Of a DNA stretch of 25,246 nucleotides, positions 6,806 through 14,700 are shown in pieces. The DNA lies in IMG/VR virus record IMGVR_UViG_3300015195_000018, positions 1 to 25,246 of that record. One strand, given 5' to 3'. The notes beneath the pieces are model-generated. The model was not told the DNA's origin. It was given only the letters and a program-made list of their open reading frames with translations, and ran no database searches. How positions within the stretch are numbered: position 1 is the stretch's first letter; each line of letters begins with the position of its first letter. The translations under genes were made by a program, and so were the position numbers. The DNA is from a virus (lineage: Duplodnaviria; Caudoviricetes).

Positions 6806-7050
6806 TTGTTGCCGGCCGCCTCGTCCCGACGACGCAACCGTTCGTCAATCTGTTCGACGTGCGTTTTGATTTCGGCCAACTGTTGTCGCAATTCCTCGCG
6901 CGATTCGGCGCGGAGCTGTTCGAGCGTACTCACGCGACTCGACAGAATTCCGTAGCCGAACGCGAACACGATGAGGTTGATAACGCAGGTTGAGATAACG
7001 CCAACGATCGTCGTCGTCCAATCGTGGCGGGAGCTGATTTCGCGGTACAT
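6802..7050 (-). CDS. Single-TM plus coiled-coil protein, holin/spanin-like (82 aa)
   Basis: ATG at 7050 follows the upstream stop at 7052. TM segment IVGVISTCVINLIVFAFGYGIL precedes a charged coiled coil. Located between tail fibre genes and the endolysin. Confidence 0.7.
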   Translation of the reverse strand: MYREISSRHDWTTTIVGVISTCVINLIVFAFGYGILSSRVSTLEQLRAESREELRQQLAEIKTHVEQIDERLRRRDEAAGNK

Positions 7051-7051
7051 A

Positions 7052-7747
7052 TCAATTCCCGTATTCTTCGATGAGAATGCGACCGCCGGCACCGATGCCG
7101 CCAGACCACGGGCCGCCCGTCAACCCCGTGCCGCCGCCGGCCGCGCCGTACGACGTGGAAACAGCGGCGAGTCCGTTCGCGCTATTGTTCCCATTCGCTC
7201 CGGGGCCGTAAGGCGAAGCCGCACCGCCGCCGCCAAGATTCGCCGCGCTCGTGCCGCCAGCGAAAACCTCGCTCGGGCCGCCAGCCGCTTGCGATCCGCC
7301 GCCACTGGCACCGCTTTCGCATAGCAAGCCTTCGTTCACGGGAGCCAACCCGGCCACGTTCGCGCCACCGCCGGCCGGCCCGAGCCGACCGCCGCCATTG
7401 CCGCCGTTTGTCGGTGCGACGCCGGGCTTGCCCGCCTTCGCCGTCAACGTGCCGAACGTGGTATCCGTGCCGACGTTGCCCGTCCCGTTCGACACCGCCG
7501 TACCAGGAGCACCGCAGACATACGCAATCGGCGATCCGCCGACGCACTTGTACGCGTAGCGATAGATAAACTCGCCCGCGCCGCCGCCGCCGCCCATCGA
7601 CGCCGAACTGCCGGCGCCCGTGCCGCCGGGCCCGATCATCGTGACGATCAGGAGCGTCGTCGCGGCGAGGGGCGTGAAATTGCCAGAGCCGGCCGTAATG
7701 TCAGTTATCTTCGGCTTTTGCCCGACGAATTGCTCGACAGTGCTCAT
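7052..7747 (-). CDS. Glycine-rich tail-associated protein (231 aa)
   Basis: ATGA-coupled to the tail fibre gene. Motifs MIGPGGTG, GGGGGAGE, GTDTTFGTLTAKAG and GAGGRILIEEY are typical of phage Gly-rich domains. Confidence 0.8.
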   Translation of the reverse strand: MSTVEQFVGQKPKITDITAGSGNFTPLAATTLLIVTMIGPGGTGAGSSASMGGGGGAGEFIYRYAYKCVGGSPIAYVCGAPGTAVSNGTGNVGTDTTFGTLTAKAGKPGVAPTNGGNGGGRLGPAGGGANVAGLAPVNEGLLCESGASGGGSQAAGGPSEVFAGGTSAANLGGGGAASPYGPGANGNNSANGLAAVSTSYGAAGGGTGLTGGPWSGGIGAGGRILIEEYGN

Positions 7748-8667
7748 ACGATGACCCACCCATTAGTGGCGTCCATGTAGACGAGAGAAACCATCAGATT
7801 CGGCGTTGTGAACGTCATATCCTGCCCAAGCCCCATGATGTTCCTACCGTTGCGATTGATCGTCGTCGACGACGGGACGACGTTGCATGAAACGCCGACG
7901 CGAGTGCCCACGGCGGGCGCCGCTGGCAGCGTCGCCGTCAGCCCGCTCGCGGAGAACAAAACCAAATCCCCCGCCGCGACGTTCCAATTTGCCGACGTGA
8001 CGCGAGGCGTGAGAGCGCCGATAGTCGAGGCGCTTGTCGCTGCATTGTTCGCGCTCGTTGCCGCATTCGCGGCTTGCGTCGAAGCGCTGTTCATATACCC
8101 GAGCGCGTTCGTTTCGCTCGTTGCGGCATTGGTTGCACTCGTGGCCGACGCGCTCGCGCTTGCCGCCGACGCGCTCGCGCTTGCCGCCGAAGCACTCGCG
8201 CTCGCCGCCGCCGTCGTCACATACCCCTGCAACGAGCCGATCAACTGCGCGGGCGTTTGAGTCGACGAGATATTGACGAGCACCGCGCGCGCCATCTGCG
8301 CGACGAGCTGTTGCACGAGGATCGTCACATAATCGAATTGGTTGTTGAGCACCGTCGGGAAGAATCCGCCGTTGTTCGTCAACGCAAGCGATTGCAGCGC
8401 CGGAAGCACCGTCGTGATCGTAATGAGGAAGCCGGTCGGCGGCGCCACGAGCATCGTGATCGAGCCGCCGGGCGAGGCATTTTGATCGGCGTTGAGCGCG
8501 ACCGTGTAATTCGTCGTCAGGACTTGGATTGTCTCGACGAGCGACAAGTCGGTTTTGACGACTTGCATATCCGAGGCTTGGAAAGCCTTGAACGCGAACG
8601 GGAAAATGACGGTAACGCCATCCCCGACAAACGGTCCCGCGACACGAGTTGTGCTAGATACGCTCAC
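7744..8667 (-). CDS. Tail fibre protein with podovirus adaptor-binding N-terminus
   Basis: AGPFVGDGVTVIFPFAFK...NYTVALNADQNASPGGSIT...LTNNGGFFPTVLNNQFD is a T7-like fibre N-terminus. It is followed by an Ala/Ser coiled shaft and a TATLPAAP...TINRNG...GWV C-terminal domain. Confidence 0.88.
   Translation of the reverse strand: MSVSSTTRVAGPFVGDGVTVIFPFAFKAFQASDMQVVKTDLSLVETIQVLTTNYTVALNADQNASPGGSITMLVAPPTGFLITITTVLPALQSLALTNNGGFFPTVLNNQFDYVTILVQQLVAQMARAVLVNISSTQTPAQLIGSLQGYVTTAAASASASAASASASAASASASATSATNAATSETNALGYMNSASTQAANAATSANNAATSASTIGALTPRVTSANWNVAAGDLVLFSASGLTATLPAAPAVGTRVGVSCNVVPSSTTINRNGRNIMGLGQDMTFTTPNLMVSLVYMDATNGWVIV
8144..8206. repeat. 3 x 21-bp tandem repeat encoding Ala/Ser heptads in the tail fibre
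   Basis: GCCGACGCGCTCGCGCTTGCC occurs twice exactly, followed by GCCGAAGCACTCGCGCTCGCC. Confidence 0.85.
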
Positions 8668-8672
8668 CGGAA

Positions 8673-8707
8673 CCCCTTGCGCAAGCCTCGATCATCGGCG
8701 CAAGGGG
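8673..8707 (-). promoter_or_regulatory. 10-bp perfect inverted repeat covering the tail fibre RBS
   Basis: CCCCTTGCGC (8673-8682) pairs with GCGCAAGGGG (8698-8707). On the mRNA the 3' arm contains AAGGGG, 5 nt before the GTG start. Confidence 0.5.
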
Positions 8708-8728
8708 CGGAGTTATGGACACCCCGGC

Positions 8729-11700
8729 CTACCGTCTCATGTCCCCGTGGACGATGCCCTTGTACCAATCGGCAAGGTCCGTCGGATGCACCCGACCCGT
8801 GCCCGTGTCCCATAGGAATTGCACCGAGGCGGCCGGTTGCCCGAGCGGCAACCCGAACGTGTAGCCGGACGTTTCAATCGCATGGCGCAGCCACTTGTCC
8901 GATACCGGCTCGCCCTTCACCTTTGCCTTCACGTCATCGGCCGTCGCGAACAGGTTGCGCACGATCCCCTCGGCCGGCGTAGCCTGATAGTCGCGACCGT
9001 TCGCCATCGCGTTCGCCACGTCGCGCAGGATCGGGACGCCCGACGTGAGCGCGAGCCCCAATTCCTTCGCCGTCCACATCGCGAAGTTTTCTTTGTCGTC
9101 GTCGTGCCCGGTAGGCGGAGGCTTGATAGCTCCATGCAACAACGCCGGGATCACGAAGTACCACCAGGAGCGAGCGAGCACCATCGCGAAGTCGCGCCGC
9201 GCGCCGGCATAGTCGCCCGCCGAAATGTCCGCCGGGATTCCCATTGCCATGCGCCCCGTGTCGCGTTGCCGATTGTAGAAGTGCGACCAAAAGGAATAGA
9301 ACATCGTCGCCAGCTTCCACGTTTCCGTGCCGCGTTGCGCTGCCGCCAAGTCTTTCGTCCCGCCGCCGCCGTGCGCGTTGCGCACCGACTTGTCGGCGAA
9401 GTAGACGGCATCCGACTCGGACATCGCGAGGCCGCCCTTCGCCTCGGGCGCCATCGCCTTGTTGTACGCGCCCATCCACGTCGGGAGCGCCGACGCCATA
9501 TCGAGCATCGAGATACCGAAGTAAGCGAATCGGCGCGCGCCTTGCGTCACGGCCGTTACTGCGCCGACCGGGCCGTTCAGTCCCTTCGCCTCGATGTCGC
9601 GGAGCCCATCGCGAACGTCGCGATCGAACTCGCGCATTCGGTTTGCCATTTCTGGCGAGCGGTCGAATATGAAATCGCGAGCCTCGACCATCTTGGCGGG
9701 CGAGCCCAGGAACGCATTGGCGCCCGAAGTCATCCACTTGACGCCAAGCTCGCCGACGGAATTGCTCGCGGCCGACGCGCCGTGAAGCATCATCGTCGTG
9801 AACCGGAGCCCGAGCCCGACCATCGTTGTCGTCGTCCGAGCCCAATGCGCAGCGTTGTCCCAAAAGCCGAGCCCGGCGTCGTTGAACACCTTGTCGTTCG
9901 CAATTGATTGCAACCACGGGCGGAGCTGCTTGTAATACTCGACGCCAAGCGCCGCCTCGATCCCCTCGCGCACACGGCTGTCGGAGAGGAACCGATCGGC
10001 GTCAATGACCGCCTCGCGCATCGCCAAGTCGTGAGTCACTTGCGCCAAGTGTCGCGGCAGCACGTCGAGCGACAACAGCACGGGCCCGGCGTAGCCCGTC
10101 CGCGCGATAGTGTGCCCCTTCGGCGTCGTCGCCTTGGTATAGGTATTTTCGAACAACGCATCGGCCGAACGATCGGAGCGTTGATCCACGTCGAAGGCGC
10201 GGGCGCGATCGTAGACCATCGGATAATAGCCACCTTGGAAATTGACGTATTTCGTTTCCACGGTGCGGCCCGCTATCTTTTCCGGCGCCGTGTTGCCGAG
10301 CCGGCGTTCCATTGCCGCGATGTCGGGGTAGAACTGTCCGACAATTTCCCACACTCCGCGCACGAACGTCCAATCGTGCTCCGTCATGTTGCGATCGAGC
10401 GTCGCCCGGATTTGCTCGCCGCCCCAACCCTCGCCCTTGATAACCTTCGTCAGATTCGACTCTGTGCCCGTGTTGAGCGCGAGCGAGATTATTTGCGCCT
10501 TCGTCAGCCGGGCGCCGCTCGTGGCCGCACGATTGTCCGACAGCTCGGGAACGGCGATCGGCGTCGAGAAGTCTTTGCCCCAATCCTTCGGCAGCGTATC
10601 GGCGAGCGCCCGCATCTGCGCCTGTACGTTGTGGCGCATGGTTGTTTCGCGCGACGCGCTCTCGGCGATGCGCCGGAACACGATGCGATTAAACGCGCCG
10701 TCGGGATTGCGGCCGTCGAGCCAGTCGAGCATTTGTTCCATCTTGAGCAACGACGCATCGGCCGAGCGCACTACCGCCTTGCCCTTGAGCCACTTCCCTT
10801 CGATGCGATCGAGCCCCCGGTTTGTCTCCGCCTCGCGCTGCGGCAACTCGCGCATCTTGTCTCGCGCTTCGAGCACGACGGTATCGAAATCGGCGGACTT
10901 CTCGCCGTCCCGAATCTTGAGCACTTCGCGCCCCAGGTAGTCGATCGACTTCACCGCGTCGACGAGTCCACGGAATTGCTCTACCGTCATGTCCTTGTAG
11001 TGCGTCCGATAGGCTTCGTTCGCAAGGTACTCGGCGACGGCCGGCTCATACCCGCGATTCTGTAGACTCTCGATCCAGTTTTGCAGATTGCCGAGCCGGG
11101 CCCGATCGGCCGCCGACACGGACTTGCGCAAGTCGAAGCGCGCGAGCATCGCGTCGATTTGATCCCGGTACTCCACGTCAATCCGGGCGCGCACCGTCGC
11201 CTTGTCGAGCGCCTTGAAGTAGTCGAGCCCGTCGCGGACGTTCTGCAACGCCTCATTCGCCGCCTTGAATAGCCGGTTGTTGAGCAGCGCCGCGCGTTGC
11301 TCACTCGCCGCCCCATTCGGATCGCGGGCCGCCAGGAGCATCGCTTGTCGATTCGAGCGCGCCTCCGCCGCAAGGTATTGCTGCGGCGACAGATCAGAGA
11401 CTTTCTTTCCTGCGATAGCGGCCTCGGCGGCCTCCTTTGCTGCATCGTTTATCATCTTCGCCGTGCCCTGCGACTTCGTGAGCACCGAGAGCCCGGTCGC
11501 CATGAACCGCGCCCGAGCGTCGTTGTGGATCGCTTGCTCGGCATATCGCTCGACCGCATCGGGCGTCGCCAGCTCGCCATGCTGTTGCAACATCCGTTCG
11601 TCCGTCAGCCGGTCGATTGCGTCGTGCGGATGCTCCGCCTTCGCAAGCCCCTCGATCAAATCCTTGCCGTTGCCAATGCCGTGAATCTCCGCGACAACCT

Positions 11701-14700
11701 CCGGGTCAATCCCGCCGTTGCGCAGCATCCCGAGCGTTTCGAGCTTTCCAACAGCCTCCGGGCTCGCCGTTTGCTTGGCGAGATTACGGTCGATCCTGCC
11801 AGCGTCGCGGCCGGCATAGTCCGCCGCCGTCTTATCGCCGCCCGCCTCGTGATCGTAGGCATAGGAGACTTCTTTGCCGCCGCGCACCGCATTGCCAAGC
11901 CGTTCCTCAAACTCGGCGATGTCCGCCTTGCCGTGCTCGTCGACGTGCAGATACCCATATTGCGCCAGGGATTCAACCATCCGGTCAATCGACATCCCGC
12001 CCGACTCGGTGCGAAATACCGGCTTACCGAATACACCGGAGTCGACCTTTTCCTTCGGATCAAGACCGAACTCCGAAACGACCTCTCCCTTGCGCAAACC
12101 GCCAAGCTTCGCGATCGCGGCAAGCAAGTCATCGCGCTCAGGATGAACGAACGCCGTCGCCTTCGCCCGATCCGCCGGCTCGCGGCCGACATCGTGCCCG
12201 GTCAGGAATTGCCATGCCTGATAGATCGGTTGCTTCCAGACCTCGCCGGCAACTTGCATCCGGGTTTCCGCGCGCATCCGCTCCGCCGTCGCTTGCGCCT
12301 CGCGGAGCGCCCGACTCTTTGCGTTCGACAGGAAACGCATATCGCGCGCGCTGCGATCCTGCATTTCGTCGATCGCCTTTTGCGTCGCCTCGCGCCCGGT
12401 CGCCTGATACTCGGCGAAGCGTTCCGGCGTCATGCCGGCCTCGGCCGCCGACTTGAATAGCGGCTCGTACCCGCGCACCGATTCGGCCGCGCTGATCGCT
12501 TCTTTGCTCGCGAGCAAACGATCCATGACGCCGCGCACTTCCGGCGTCAGCTCGACCCGCATGTTCGTCAGCGATTGATAGACGTTGAGCAACCACGAAC
12601 GCATTTTCGAGAAAACGGATTGCAGCTCGACGCTCGGCGCCTTGCCCTCGGCGATGTACTTTTCGAAGCCCTCCGCAAATTGCTCGTGGTAAGAGCGTTT
12701 TTCATCGACGCTCAGACCGTTCCACTCGTTGACATCGCTAACGCCGAACCACTTGAGCAGCGTACCGAAGTCGTGCGACACGTCGGCCGGCGCATCCTTC
12801 GCCCCGGCGATGTCGGCCATCATTTCGAGCCCGTGATGCCCAAGCTCGTGAATGAACGTCGACAGGTCCGCGTTTTTCAGAAGCGCGATCGTGCCCGTCG
12901 TCGGATCGTAAGCGCCCTTCGGACCTTGCTTGAGGATGCTGTCGGAATTCGGATCGAACGTGCCGCGATTGCCGGTCGCGGACTTGACTTGATTTTGCTC
13001 GAACGGAATCCAAACCGAGTGCTTGTCGCCGCCACCCTTGCCGCCCGTGTCGTGTATGCCGTCATAGCCCAACTCTTTGAGCTTCGCCGTCACCCAATCG
13101 GGAATTGATGTCCATGCGTAGGTGTCGCCGTCGATGTTGTCTTTTCCGCCGTTGAACTTGGCAAGCCACTCGGCTCCGCTTTGGCTTTCCTTCGACCACT
13201 GATCCGGGCCGGCGCGCCCCGATCCGCGCTTACCCTTGCCAGCCTCATTCAAAGCGGCATAAACATTCTCAGGAATCGCGTTCGTTTCTAGCGGATGCTC
13301 GACCTTCAGATACACCGGCAGCACCGCCGCGTTGTTTGCGTTTTGCTCGACGTAATCGAGCCCCTTTGTCGGAAAGCCGACCTCTTTGAGCACGGCAATG
13401 AATTGATGCTCGTCGTTGAACAGGGCGCCGCTATTGAGCCACCCCTCGACGAGAGCCTTGAGAGAGTTACCGTGCGACTGCTTTATCTCGTAGTCGTAAT
13501 TCCCGATTCCGGTTTTGTTGCCGGGCTCGCGGACGATTTCACCGTCATCGTTGCGCGTGACTTCCGGCGCGCGCTCCGCAATCGTGGCGCGTTCCTCGGG
13601 CGTCAGATGCCACCACGCCCGCACGATGTCGACTGGCGAACGAGAACCCGGAGCCTTCCATTTGAACCACTGCGGATAGTCCAGCTCAGAACCGTCAAGG
13701 GACGTATCCGACTTTCCTTCCGCATACTTGCCGGCGATGTCGTGCGAGTCAGTAAAGAACGCCATCGGCCCGGCCGTAGCACGCGACTTACGGAACACAT
13801 CGCCAATTCGATCAGGACGCCCGGCGCCGTGATACACGACGAGCGGCTTTCCAGCATCGTCGACGACAGCCGACTTCCCAAACCACGACTTGAACTCTGG
13901 CGTTTCGGTCTTGTTGCCGCCGCCATTCTGAAAATACCGATCGAGAATCTTGAGATTCTTTTCCTCGCCCGGAAAGACGACATAGTTGTGCGTGCCCTCA
14001 CCGGCAGCGCGCGACCCTTGATCGAGGTACTTGACGCCGGGAACGCCGTGCTTTGACAGCAACGCGCTCGCCGCCCGCGCGCCGGCCCTATCGTTGCCGG
14101 TCTTTTGCAGAGCCGAAGCGATCCAGGTATAGGCGGAATCGCCGTCCGGCTTTTCGCTCATCGCGCCGGGGATGCCGGCCTCATCGAACGCCCGTTGAAC
14201 CGCGCTTTGAACGTGCTCGGGTTGCTCCGACACGGGCTTGTCGTGGTGGAGCATCCGGCCGATCATTTCGTCGGGAAGGTCGACGTGATACACCGCGCCG
14301 CCGGGCTTCAATTCGCCGCCCTTCGCCTTCCATTCCTTTAGAACCTCGATCGCCTGTTTCGCTTCCTCGCGCATGTCGGGATCGAGATTCTTGTCGGCAA
14401 TAGACTTGCGCAAGACCAACTCGGCGAAGTCGGCTTGATGCTTCGCCCCGCTGTCGCGCGCGTACTTCAACGCCGCGAACGCCGTCTTTTCCGGCGTGGA
14501 CTCAACCGATGCGCCAGCCTCATTCGAGTCATGCAACACTTGGCCGGCCGGCGTTTTCACTTGCTCGCCGGCAAGGATGCCGCGATAAGACTCTCCCGTC
14601 GCCTTCGCTTCCCCGAAGTAGTGTCCGAACCCGTAGGACGCCGCACCCTGACCCGTGCCAATCTTCGCCGAGTCAAACTCGTGAATGTCAGGAATCGCCG

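Noticed and set aside
7052-8728. Diversity-generating retroelement as in BPP-1
   Set aside because: No reverse transcriptase motif, no Avd-like gene and no TR/VR repeat pair differing at adenines are visible. The fibre is not Mtd-like.
8668-8728. Rho-independent terminator upstream of the tail fibre gene
   Set aside because: The stem has a 15-nt loop and no U-tract on either strand. It is kept only as a possible RBS-occluding hairpin.
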